Assembly (NCBI GenBank): GCA_030668825.1
Contig: DAOVET010000009.1
Span: 1-54,605, forward strand
Length of the DNA stretch: 54,605 nt
Source: Candidatus Heimdallarchaeota archaeon
Lineage (GTDB): Archaea; Asgardarchaeota; Heimdallarchaeia; Heimdallarchaeales; Heimdallarchaeaceae
Direction of reading: 5' to 3'
The notes under the pieces were generated by a model. The model was not told the DNA's origin, did not search any database, and saw only the letters and a list, made by a program, of their open reading frames with translations. The translations under genes and the position numbers were made by a program. This document shows positions 20,818 through 29,996 of the stretch, piece after piece (position 1 is the first letter of the stretch; each line of letters opens with the position of its first letter).

Positions 20818-21915
20818 TTACATTATTTTAATTGACTTCTGTTTAATAATTTCTTCTTGTATATCAGCACCTATTCCAAATCCTTGAGGAACAGATATTG
20901 TTCCATCTTCATTCAATTCGAAGATTGGATCTATAATATAGTCGGTATAATATCTAGCACTTTCACTTATGTCGTTTGGTAATGAAAAAGTACTCAGACT
21001 TGCAACTGCAACATTCTTAGCCCTTCCTATTCCTGTCTCTAACATCCCTCCACACCATAAAGGAACTTTAACTAATTCTGATAATTCGTGAATAAGTAGA
21101 GTTTCAGTTATTCCTCCTACTCTTGCAGGTTTTACATTAATGATTTTGCAAGCATCTATTTCAACAGCAACTCTTGCATCGTCAACACTTTTTATCGATT
21201 CATCCAAGCATATTGGAGTAGCCAGCTCCTTCTGAAGTGAAGCATGGTCGATAATATCAAAATACTGTAATGGTTGCTCGATCATCATTAGGTTATATCT
21301 ATCTAAGTTAACGAAAATGTCCTTATCTTTTAGCCTATAGGCACTGTTAGCATCTACCATTAAAGGTATATTTGGATACTGATCTCGTATTCGTTTAATT
21401 ATTTCAACATCCCATCCTGGTTCAATTTTAATCTTAATTCTTTGATAATTTTTTTCTAGAGCTGCTTTAATCTTATCTAGAAGAATATCAGGATCTTGTT
21501 GAATTCCTAATGAAATTCCTGAAGGTATCTTTTCTTTTGTCCCTCCAATTAATTTTTGTAAGGATTTCTTATTTAATCTACCAAAAAGATCCCAAATAGC
21601 ATCTTCAACACATGCTTTTGCCATTTGATTACCTTTTATACTTTTGCAGATGTCCTTGAACTCTTTAGGATGAAGTAGTTCCTTTTCTTTAATCCAAGGT
21701 ACAATGAATTTTGAAATTATGTGGGTGCAAGAACTAATGGTTTCTCCAGAGTACCAAGGACCGTTCTCAGATACACACTCTCCCCAACCTTTCTCACCTT
21801 CAGACTCTAAACAGACAAGTAGCATTTCACGCTCTTTTGTTTCTCCAAAACTTGTTCTGAATGGGTGTCGTAAGTTCATTTTAATTAGGTAAAGACCAGC
21901 TTTTTCTATTTTCAT
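20818..21915 (-). CDS. N-succinylamino acid racemase / o-succinylbenzoate synthase (NSAR/OSBS, enolase superfamily)
   Basis: PFRTSFG, KIKI, VDANSAY, IEQP, LDES, NVKPARVGG, WCGGMLETG. Confidence 0.9.
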   Translation of the reverse strand: MKIEKAGLYLIKMNLRHPFRTSFGETKEREMLLVCLESEGEKGWGECVSENGPWYSGETISSCTHIISKFIVPWIKEKELLHPKEFKDICKSIKGNQMAKACVEDAIWDLFGRLNKKSLQKLIGGTKEKIPSGISLGIQQDPDILLDKIKAALEKNYQRIKIKIEPGWDVEIIKRIRDQYPNIPLMVDANSAYRLKDKDIFVNLDRYNLMMIEQPLQYFDIIDHASLQKELATPICLDESIKSVDDARVAVEIDACKIINVKPARVGGITETLLIHELSELVKVPLWCGGMLETGIGRAKNVAVASLSTFSLPNDISESARYYTDYIIDPIFELNEDGTISVPQGFGIGADIQEEIIKQKSIKIM

Positions 21916-21970
21916 ACTAACAACCTAGCTATGAAATTCATTTATAGTTTCTCTATAAAATATTATCTCT

Positions 21971-22804
21971 TCACTTTTTAAGGATATGAAAGCATCTCAT
22001 TGACTTATTTTCTTTCATTATTACAAAATCAAATATTTTATAGCCTTTACTGAAATAATTTTTAAAACTGTCTCTAGTTTTGTTTCTCCATTCTATTGCA
22101 AGATTTTTGTTTTTAGCTAAATATTCAATAATGTTACTTGGAATTTCGATTGCTAATAGAGAATTTGGGTTTGTTAAATTCATTTCAGTAATTTCTAGAA
22201 ATATTCCTTTTCTTCTTGTTTTTAAAACTGAATGATTCTCATTTGAAACAATTTCGGTGAAATCTTGTTGTTTGTGAGCCAGGTATTCTTTTACATGATC
22301 AGAATCAAGATACCAATTACAATATAATCGATCTGTCTCCAGTCCTACGTTGAGTGCATCCTTCATCTCCCCCCAATAATTTACATTATACGTTGCACAA
22401 GTAGCACCAAGCTTATGTAAATTTAAATAACAATTTTTTGATTGTAATGGATCAAAAGTCCAATTGATAAGCTTATATCCATTTTTCAATGCCCAATTTC
22501 TTTGCTCTAATTTGAGCTGAAGTCCAATCCCTTGATTTTGATATTTCTCTCTAACAGCGTTGTGATGGGAATAAATGAAAACACCATAAGGGTCCTTGTT
22601 TCCTACCCACCCCCATACATAACCAATAAGTTCTTCTTTTAGGTATGCACCAATAACTACACCTCCACTCTTCAGAGTTGCGTAAATTAGTCTTTTTGGG
22701 ACTAGCTCAACATCTGGCATTTTCCAAGCATCGCGTTGAATATCTTCTAAATCAGGATATTCGGCGAAATTTAATAGTTCCCTATATTGAATGACTTCTT
22801 TCAT
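21971..22804 (-). CDS. GNAT family acyltransferase, probable D-amino acid N-succinyltransferase
   Basis: YSHHNAV, QGIGLQLK, WTFDPLQSKN...NLHKLGA, TDRL; adjacent to NSAR. Confidence 0.8.
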   Translation of the reverse strand: MKEVIQYRELLNFAEYPDLEDIQRDAWKMPDVELVPKRLIYATLKSGGVVIGAYLKEELIGYVWGWVGNKDPYGVFIYSHHNAVREKYQNQGIGLQLKLEQRNWALKNGYKLINWTFDPLQSKNCYLNLHKLGATCATYNVNYWGEMKDALNVGLETDRLYCNWYLDSDHVKEYLAHKQQDFTEIVSNENHSVLKTRRKGIFLEITEMNLTNPNSLLAIEIPSNIIEYLAKNKNLAIEWRNKTRDSFKNYFSKGYKIFDFVIMKENKSMRCFHILKK

Positions 22805-22814
22805 TTCTTACTAC

Positions 22815-24107
22815 CTATTTCTTGTCAAAGGACAGTGATTGAACCGTTGGATTAGAAAGAGATTCGAATAAGATTATGGCAAAAGCATTGCCTAAATTAC
22901 TTGGAGTTAATCTTTCTCCTTTAGTTAATCTACGTATTTTGAATTTCAATTGTTGAATGATTGTTTCCTTGTTTTCTTCAATATATACATAAGGATCAGA
23001 TACGAATTTCGCATACTGACGAATGTCTATAATTGGTAAGGCCATTTGAGGATATTCTTCAAAAATACTGAACCACGTTTCAAGTAAATACTGCATATAT
23101 CTCTGTTGATCTGCTATATCTTGAACTCCAAATTCTTCAATTGCTAATCTTTTCAAAACTCTCTCGATGTTTTTCTCGAGATTTTGACGCTTTATTTCTG
23201 TCAATTCTCTCTGAAGTTTTAAAGTTTCAAATAGTGTTTGTTCAATAGCTGCTAGTATCTGTTCAATTCTTCCCTGGTCAATTTTTATTTGATCAAGTTT
23301 TTGATACTCTTGTTTTACAATTGCATATTTCTCTTCAAGTTCTCTCTTTCTCTTTATTATCAGTTTTTCAAAAGTATCCTTCAAATCTTGATAGTAAGGT
23401 TGAATCAGGTTCATCTGAATTAAATCAAAGAGAACTTCATCTTTATCCCCTATAGGATAGTTTGTAAGAATCTTTTGATAGATTTTTCCTGTGGGTTTGG
23501 GTATTCTCTCAAAATCTTCTTCTTGAATTATTTTTTCTAAAGCATGAGCGAATATTGACGCAATAAAACGCAAATCAATTGAAAATTCCCCAACTTCAAA
23601 ATATAGATATGCCTCAGTAAGAGCATCAATAAAGTTACGAAAAACTAGAATAGATTGAACTATATTGTCTTCAATATTCAAACTACTCAATTCAATAAAA
23701 TGATGAATTATGTGTTTAGAGGAATTCATCACAGCTTTAATACAATTTACAAAGGACGCCAATAGACCCACAAATTCATCATCAGTGCAACTCATTTTCT
23801 TATTAGTTGCTTCAAGTAGAGCTGAAATATCTTCAGCATAAGCCAGAGGTTCATATTTCTTGATTAAATCATCAGTAATTATGATTCCATAAATTGCCAG
23901 AGCCATATCTTTTTTCTGTGGAGATAAGAAACCAATTTCGGTTTTTAGTTCTTTCCTAAGTTCATTTAGAAATGTAGGTTGTGTTAAGATGAAGTGACGC
24001 ATTTTTGCTTCTAAATTTGAATAAAGGGCACTGAAATCATTTACTATCTCAACAACATCTTTTGAATTATATCTTAGCTCTTCTGTATTGAAAATATCTC
24101 CACTCAA
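22815..24107 (-). CDS. Hypothetical all-helical coiled-coil protein
   Basis: 430-aa ORF with a heptad-rich central region. Confidence 0.6.
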   Translation of the reverse strand: MSGDIFNTEELRYNSKDVVEIVNDFSALYSNLEAKMRHFILTQPTFLNELRKELKTEIGFLSPQKKDMALAIYGIIITDDLIKKYEPLAYAEDISALLEATNKKMSCTDDEFVGLLASFVNCIKAVMNSSKHIIHHFIELSSLNIEDNIVQSILVFRNFIDALTEAYLYFEVGEFSIDLRFIASIFAHALEKIIQEEDFERIPKPTGKIYQKILTNYPIGDKDEVLFDLIQMNLIQPYYQDLKDTFEKLIIKRKRELEEKYAIVKQEYQKLDQIKIDQGRIEQILAAIEQTLFETLKLQRELTEIKRQNLEKNIERVLKRLAIEEFGVQDIADQQRYMQYLLETWFSIFEEYPQMALPIIDIRQYAKFVSDPYVYIEENKETIIQQLKFKIRRLTKGERLTPSNLGNAFAIILFESLSNPTVQSLSFDKK

Positions 24108-25304
24108 TTAAACCACACCTCCAAAAATGGAAAAAATCCTCTCGAGATTTTCGATAGTTTTTAATTCTCGAACTTTAACATATGGAGTTACTTTCCAGCC
24201 CTTTAATTCTGTTTTTTGAATTACTTTCTTTGGATCAAATTCCCCTGAAATACCATTCTTTACATCTCTCAGAATAACTGGAAGTGATACTGCTGATATA
24301 AGATTTGAGGATTTATATCGAGTGTCTGTTATGCATGCAAATATTGTTATTTCATTTTCTGATTTGCATTCAAATTCAAAGAAAATTCTGACTACATCAT
24401 TAGTATCCTTTATCCTATAATGTGCAATTGATGGAATTGATATTTTTTTATTAAGTTTAAGTTCAGAAAGTTGATTTAAAAGTAGAATAATTCTTCTTGG
24501 TACAAATGAGTTCTGGATAAATTCAAATATTTTTTTGGGTGAAACTTCATCTTTTGATATTACAATTTGATCAAGGTTTTCTGGATAAACGAAAGAAATA
24601 TTTTCTATTTTGAGCAATGGTGGTGCTAGAACTATCTCTCCACCACAATCACATTTCATGAGAGTTTCATCTCTATTATCAGAATATATTCTACCACATT
24701 TTCCGTTACATTGTTCTAAATCTTTCTGAATAAATGTGTTCATAAACAGAGCAGAAGTTATAACGGGAGTTATGCTAGATTGTTCTATTCCCCCTCTAAG
24801 ACTTGCTTCTTGACATATTTGCCAATGATAAAACCTTCCCAACATTTCAAGGTTTTTTTCTATTTCATCTAAAGAACTATTTTGAGTTAGAATTCCATCC
24901 TCAATTTGATGTTCAACTCTCTTAACAACGCCCTGTAAAGCATCCAGAATTCGATTGGTTTCAATTGATGCATTTGTCAAATTAATGTCATTGAAGTATG
25001 AGAAAAACAAATTAAAGAAGAAGATATCATCTTTGTCTTTTAGTAATGCTATTCCTGATTCTTGACCTTTTAGATTGTCAATGGGTAAAGAATTGAGTTT
25101 TAGACCTTCAAGAATGATATTCTTTTCATAAAAACAATCAGAAAATTTAACGTCTTTGAAAAGCTTAAATAGTTGCTTTTTGATATTTACAGAAGAAGTA
25201 GACTCATTTGTTTCAAATGCTTCAAAAAAGTGAACAGGTAATTCCAAATCCTTTTCCAAGAGTTCACAAGCAAGAATATTGTAAATATCTCTCATATCTT
25301 CCAC
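24108..25304 (-). CDS. Hypothetical protein with internal zinc ribbon
   Basis: CNGKCG...KCDCGG; abuts the downstream gene. Confidence 0.6.
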   Translation of the reverse strand: MEDMRDIYNILACELLEKDLELPVHFFEAFETNESTSSVNIKKQLFKLFKDVKFSDCFYEKNIILEGLKLNSLPIDNLKGQESGIALLKDKDDIFFFNLFFSYFNDINLTNASIETNRILDALQGVVKRVEHQIEDGILTQNSSLDEIEKNLEMLGRFYHWQICQEASLRGGIEQSSITPVITSALFMNTFIQKDLEQCNGKCGRIYSDNRDETLMKCDCGGEIVLAPPLLKIENISFVYPENLDQIVISKDEVSPKKIFEFIQNSFVPRRIILLLNQLSELKLNKKISIPSIAHYRIKDTNDVVRIFFEFECKSENEITIFACITDTRYKSSNLISAVSLPVILRDVKNGISGEFDPKKVIQKTELKGWKVTPYVKVRELKTIENLERIFSIFGGVV

Positions 25305-25435
25305 ACAGAATTCTCCTTATCTTTTTCAAGTGCTAAATTTTTTTTACTTAATTATAGTATAGCCTATATACAGTTGAAGGGTTTTTCAACTTTTACATAA
25401 TTTTCGAAAATTATTGTGAAAACTACACAAAAAAA

Positions 25436-25960
25436 CTAATCTACAGTGATTGACTCGCTTTCAATTGCGATTGTAGCAATTTTTTTGAAAGCTGTGAAAA
25501 GATTTACTTTAGCCTTAGCGGAGACCTCAAAATAAACTGTATTGATATTTTCAGCATATCGAGTAGCTTCTTCCTTTGTAACCTCTCTAGATTCCTCCAA
25601 ATCCAGTTTATTACCTATAATAACGACTGGAATATTACCAACAGTTTTCTTTAATAATTCATGCCAAAAATCTAGTTTGTCAAAACTTTCTTTTTTAGTT
25701 ATATCAAATACTAAAGCAGCAACAACAGAACCCATGAAATAGGTAGGTAAGATAGGAAGAAACTTTTCTTGTGATCCTGAATCTCCAATAATTATCCTTA
25801 TTTCTTGACCCTCTATTATAGTATTCCAAATAAGGAAATTGGCTCCTAAAGTAGGTTGATGAGAAATTGGAAAAGCATCTTGAGCTTGTCTTAGAGCAAT
25901 GGATGTTTTTCCAACTCCAGGTTCTCCACACAGTGAAACTTTGAAGCTTGATTCAGTCAT
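25436..25960 (-). CDS. Rab/Ras-like small GTPase
   Basis: G1 GEPGVGKTS, G2 PTLG, G3 variant DSGSQE, G4 NKLD, G5 SAK; no CaaX. Confidence 0.93.
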   Translation of the reverse strand: MTESSFKVSLCGEPGVGKTSIALRQAQDAFPISHQPTLGANFLIWNTIIEGQEIRIIIGDSGSQEKFLPILPTYFMGSVVAALVFDITKKESFDKLDFWHELLKKTVGNIPVVIIGNKLDLEESREVTKEEATRYAENINTVYFEVSAKAKVNLFTAFKKIATIAIESESITVD

Positions 25961-26063
25961 TGCTTCTAAACATCTCTTTTCATTACTTTAAAGCATTATT
26001 ATAATCCTAAAGGGTAAAAAGAAAACCATTTATACAGTTATTGAAATCACATGTTGACTGAGC

Positions 26064-26249
26064 ATGTCTGAAAGAGAGCAATGTGGAGATTATGAAATTT
26101 ACCTTGACAACCAGGATTGGTGGGTAATCAAGAGTTTAATTTCTGGGACTATTTTAGGTAAATTTTTAAAGAAAGAAGATGCCCTGAATAAAATCGCTGT
26201 TTTCATTCAGAGTGATGATGAAAGAACCGAATCCGAATCAGTTTGTTGA
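26064..26249 (+). CDS. Small protein upstream of rSAM/SPASM gene (possible substrate or partner)
   Basis: 61 aa; TTTATA ~30 bp upstream; overlaps next gene. Confidence 0.55.
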   Translation: MSEREQCGDYEIYLDNQDWWVIKSLISGTILGKFLKKEDALNKIAVFIQSDDERTESESVC

Positions 26250-27694
26250 GAAAGATGCATTTAAATGATTCATGCTTTCGAATAATTCACAAAAACAACA
26301 GATGTCTCTTGTTAGATTGTTCATCTCAGATTTTCTGGATCTTGGAACCAAACTCAATTCCAAAGGAGCTCTTTAATCAACAACTGAATTTACAAGTTTT
26401 AGAGAAGAAACTTTTGAGATCTGATGATTCTTATTTGCAACAATTAAAAGAAAATGTTGAGCTCTTAAGAAAAATGAATTTCTTTGTTCCATTGAAGGGA
26501 GGTATCAAGGAAAATAACTCCTATCAAAGTTCAGATATAACTCAGATTTATGTGAATCCATCTTTGGACTGCAATTTGAACTGTTGGTTCTGTTACGCAA
26601 AAGATGCGAGAAAGAAGAACGATTCAAAATTAGATTTTGAAGGTATAAGCAAAATAATCATACCTATTCTGGATTATAAGAAAGAAAACAATTTTTCAGA
26701 TTCCATCGGCTTTTCCATTGGTTTTACTGAAGAGTTAACCCTCAATTTCCAACTTTTTAAGCGGATTAAAAGCTTTATATATAAAATAAAGAACCAATAC
26801 GAATTCTCTATATTCCTTTTTCTACCTTCAACAAATTTAATGCAAGTTACAGAGGAGTATGTAGATTTTATCAATGATTACAAGCATCTAACTGTTTCTA
26901 TTGATTTAGACAACAAGAATCAAGTTAACAATGTAGTTCAAAACATTGAGAAATTCAAAAGAGATGTTGAAAAAAACTTGATCATACCTATTCATTCAAA
27001 AATCGAAAATATCTATGATATATACTCTAAGTTCTCAAATTATTTTGATTACATCTCTCTGAGACCTGTGAGAGTTAAAATAGATTCAGAATATCCTTGG
27101 ACATTGGAAACACTAAGCAATATTAAGATGGAAATTTCTAAACTATTTAAAAAACTGCTCTTATTGGATGATGAAAATCTTCTTTCATTTTTTGAAAAAA
27201 TAGGACCAACTGATTATTTTGCGCGATATTTTCATCGGATTATTGAAAGGCAGAAACTGGATGAAAGATGCATTGCTGGGAAAACTGCATTTGCTATAAG
27301 TTCGGTTTTGGAAATATCTCCATGTTCAAGTTTGTCTGATTATGAAGGTTTATCTGTTAAAATCTCTGACTTTAATATTCAAGATGCACTTGAAAAATTG
27401 AGAAAAGAAATACCCAACTACAAAGAAACAGAGTGCTCAACTTGTTATATTCAAAGTTATTGTGGTGGTCCTTGTATGGATTGGGTTGTTAAACTAGATG
27501 ATCAAAATCTACTCCATCCAAATAAAATAGAATGTGACTTTAACAAGCACATTGTTGACGAAACTCTATTTTTCATCTCTGATTTGATTGAGGATAGAAA
27601 AACATTATTTGATTTAATTGTCAAAGAAAAAAAATTGAGGAATAGATTGAACTATCCCTTGGATTTTAATCAGTTTTCGAAGTTTTTTAGTTGA
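26243..27694 (+). CDS. Radical SAM/SPASM domain protein with putative N-terminal RRE
   Basis: CNLNCWFC; SPASM CIAG...PC...CSTC...CGGPC...C. Confidence 0.88.
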   Translation: MLRKMHLNDSCFRIIHKNNRCLLLDCSSQIFWILEPNSIPKELFNQQLNLQVLEKKLLRSDDSYLQQLKENVELLRKMNFFVPLKGGIKENNSYQSSDITQIYVNPSLDCNLNCWFCYAKDARKKNDSKLDFEGISKIIIPILDYKKENNFSDSIGFSIGFTEELTLNFQLFKRIKSFIYKIKNQYEFSIFLFLPSTNLMQVTEEYVDFINDYKHLTVSIDLDNKNQVNNVVQNIEKFKRDVEKNLIIPIHSKIENIYDIYSKFSNYFDYISLRPVRVKIDSEYPWTLETLSNIKMEISKLFKKLLLLDDENLLSFFEKIGPTDYFARYFHRIIERQKLDERCIAGKTAFAISSVLEISPCSSLSDYEGLSVKISDFNIQDALEKLRKEIPNYKETECSTCYIQSYCGGPCMDWVVKLDDQNLLHPNKIECDFNKHIVDETLFFISDLIEDRKTLFDLIVKEKKLRNRLNYPLDFNQFSKFFS

Positions 27695-28108
27695 TTAAGG
27701 TAGCCAGCCAATTAAGGTTGGGAAGTCTGAAGGACTAAATAGAGTAACTTGGAAAGCATAAAGAATTACCAGAAGTAACCAACTTAGAGCAAACCAAATA
27801 ATCATTGTACCGAATGTTGCATAAAGCGCTCTTCTTTCAGATATTCCTCCACCTAATACCCATATTATCCAGCAGATAAGAAATATGATTATTCCAAAAG
27901 TAATAGCTCCTGCACTTCCAATAAAGTTGAAATTCACACCGAATACCCATGCAAGAGCAGCGACTACAGCCATTATTAAATTCAACCAACTCCATTTCTT
28001 TACTTCTCTTCTAAACATAATTGAACACATTATTGCTGCAGCTATGTAAAAGAGAACTGAGTTAATTATTATCACAATTATTATGTGAACACTAGGACTT
28101 AATGCCAT
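27695..28108 (-). CDS. Small 4-TM membrane protein
   Basis: Four hydrophobic segments. Confidence 0.7.
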   Translation of the reverse strand: MALSPSVHIIIVIIINSVLFYIAAAIMCSIMFRREVKKWSWLNLIMAVVAALAWVFGVNFNFIGSAGAITFGIIIFLICWIIWVLGGGISERRALYATFGTMIIWFALSWLLLVILYAFQVTLFSPSDFPTLIGWLP

Positions 28109-28192
28109 ATCAGCTGTAAAGACAATTGAATAAATAAGTTTTATTCAGAAAAGCGTAAACTTAACTATTTTGAATCCTATGTATGATAACAA

Positions 28193-29326
28193 ATGTTCGT
28201 TCCACCAAGAAGAAACCATCATCAACAAACCTGCACAATTTGCAATCAACAACAGACAATCTCTTCTTCCCTAGGTGTCTGTAAATCATGTCTTACTAAA
28301 TATGAAGCTGAATCGAAGGATTTGATTGAACAAGCACATTTGCATGCAAGGGGAAAATTTTCTCTTCCACTTTATCCTCCAAAGGGAGATTCCTTCTCTT
28401 GTGATTTGTGTAATCATAAATGCAGTTTTTCTGATAATGACCTCAGTTATTGTGGTTTAAGATATAGTAAAGACGGGAAATATGTTTCATTATCCACTAA
28501 GAATTTGGCTACTTTGGATTATTATTTTGATCCATTACCATGCAATTGTTGTGCAGCATGGTTCTGCCCAGCTGGAACAGGGAATGGATATCCTAAGTAT
28601 GCATATAAAAGCGAGAAGGAAGTTGGATATAATAATCTATCAATATTTTTCTATGGCTGCTCCTTTGATTGTTTATTTTGTCAAAATAAAAATCATAAGA
28701 ATGTGAAAATGGGTTCAAAAGTAACTATCGAAGCACTAGTTTCAGCATTCAAGAACAACTCTAAGGTTTCGTGTGTTTGTTTCTTTGGAGGATCACCAGA
28801 ACCACAATTCACCTTTGCTCTGGAGCTGTCAAGAAGAATTGTTGAGGTAGCAAAATCAGAGAAAAGAATAGCTAGAATCTGCTGGGAATGGAATGGCTTT
28901 GGAAATAAGAAATATATTGAGCAAGCAGCTCAATTATCTTTGCAATCAGGGGGGAATATTAAATTTGATTTAAAAGCATGGACACCTCAAGTTCATAAAG
29001 CTTTAACTGGGGTGGATAACAAAAAAGTTCTAGAGAACTTTGAGTTTGTAGCAAAAAACTTCTTTGAAGAAAGACCTAATTTACCTGTTCTAAATGCAAC
29101 AACACTATTAGTTCCTGGATATATTGACGAGTATGAAGTAGAAAAAATTGCATCTTTCGTCTCAGAACTTAATCCTGATATACCTTATTCTTTATTAGGT
29201 TTTTATCCCCATTTTGAATTCTCAGATTTACCTTTGACCACTTTATATCATGCAGAGAGATGCTATGAAGTAGCTTCAAGACATTTAACAAATGTGAATA
29301 TAGGTAATAAACATCTTCTGACTTAG
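28193..29326 (+). CDS. Radical SAM protein, AmmeMemoRadiSam/PFL-activase-like family
   Basis: CDLCNHKC...CGLR, GCSFDCLFCQN, FDLKA, TLLVPG, NVNIGN. Confidence 0.88.
   Translation: MFVPPRRNHHQQTCTICNQQQTISSSLGVCKSCLTKYEAESKDLIEQAHLHARGKFSLPLYPPKGDSFSCDLCNHKCSFSDNDLSYCGLRYSKDGKYVSLSTKNLATLDYYFDPLPCNCCAAWFCPAGTGNGYPKYAYKSEKEVGYNNLSIFFYGCSFDCLFCQNKNHKNVKMGSKVTIEALVSAFKNNSKVSCVCFFGGSPEPQFTFALELSRRIVEVAKSEKRIARICWEWNGFGNKKYIEQAAQLSLQSGGNIKFDLKAWTPQVHKALTGVDNKKVLENFEFVAKNFFEERPNLPVLNATTLLVPGYIDEYEVEKIASFVSELNPDIPYSLLGFYPHFEFSDLPLTTLYHAERCYEVASRHLTNVNIGNKHLLT
29201..29320 (+). repeat. Direct repeat copy 1 (3' end of intact rSAM gene)
   Basis: Matches 31374-31493 at 112/120 nt by manual alignment. 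Confidence 0.95.
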
Positions 29327-29518
29327 TTTGTAGTTTTCAAAAAAGATTTCCACATATCAATTTACTAGAAGTAAATTTGCTTGATACTCAATATTGGTAG
29401 GTGAGATTTTTCTCGTAAAATATATTTTCATAAGCAGCAGATAAGGAAGTGTTGAAATTTAAGTTGTATTTATTACTTCCTTTTAATGCTAGAACTAAAA
29501 AAAAATGAAGCTAATTTT

Positions 29519-29992
29519 TTAACGTATTTTCTTAACAGTAATCACTGTGAAAATACTACTTAATATCACAGATGGTCCTAGAATTATAAAAAACGCAATT
29601 AAATCTATATATTTATTACTTGGTAACACTTTATCATATAAAACTGCCATTATTCCAAAACCAATTCCAATACCAATGAGACCAGTTATTGAAAAGATGA
29701 ATGAAATAAATTTCGCTTTAGGTTTGTTGAAAGTAAATGCAAATATGATCAATGTTAATACTAGCGGAATAATTGTATAAATTAACCACAAAACAGTAGT
29801 AGTAATAATTTCAAAAAAATTTTCTGTTGCATTTGAAGCACTTTCCAATCCAATTAATAGAAAGAATTCTAATAAAAAGAAAAGAAAGAAAAATGATACC
29901 AATCCAATTAAACTTAGATACTTAGATTGGGGAGAGAACATTTCTGAAAAAAAGGATTTTTTATCTCTTCGCTCTTTAGTTAAATCAGTCAT
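29519..29992 (-). CDS. 4-TM membrane protein (island cargo)
   Basis: Four hydrophobic helices; starts 4 bp after the secreted-protein gene. Confidence 0.7.
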   Translation of the reverse strand: MTDLTKERRDKKSFFSEMFSPQSKYLSLIGLVSFFFLFFLLEFFLLIGLESASNATENFFEIITTTVLWLIYTIIPLVLTLIIFAFTFNKPKAKFISFIFSITGLIGIGIGFGIMAVLYDKVLPSNKYIDLIAFFIILGPSVILSSIFTVITVKKIR

Positions 29993-29996
29993 TATA

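Noticed and set aside
20818-21915. menC / menaquinone pathway call
   Set aside because: No men genes nearby; the GNAT neighbour favours an NSAR role
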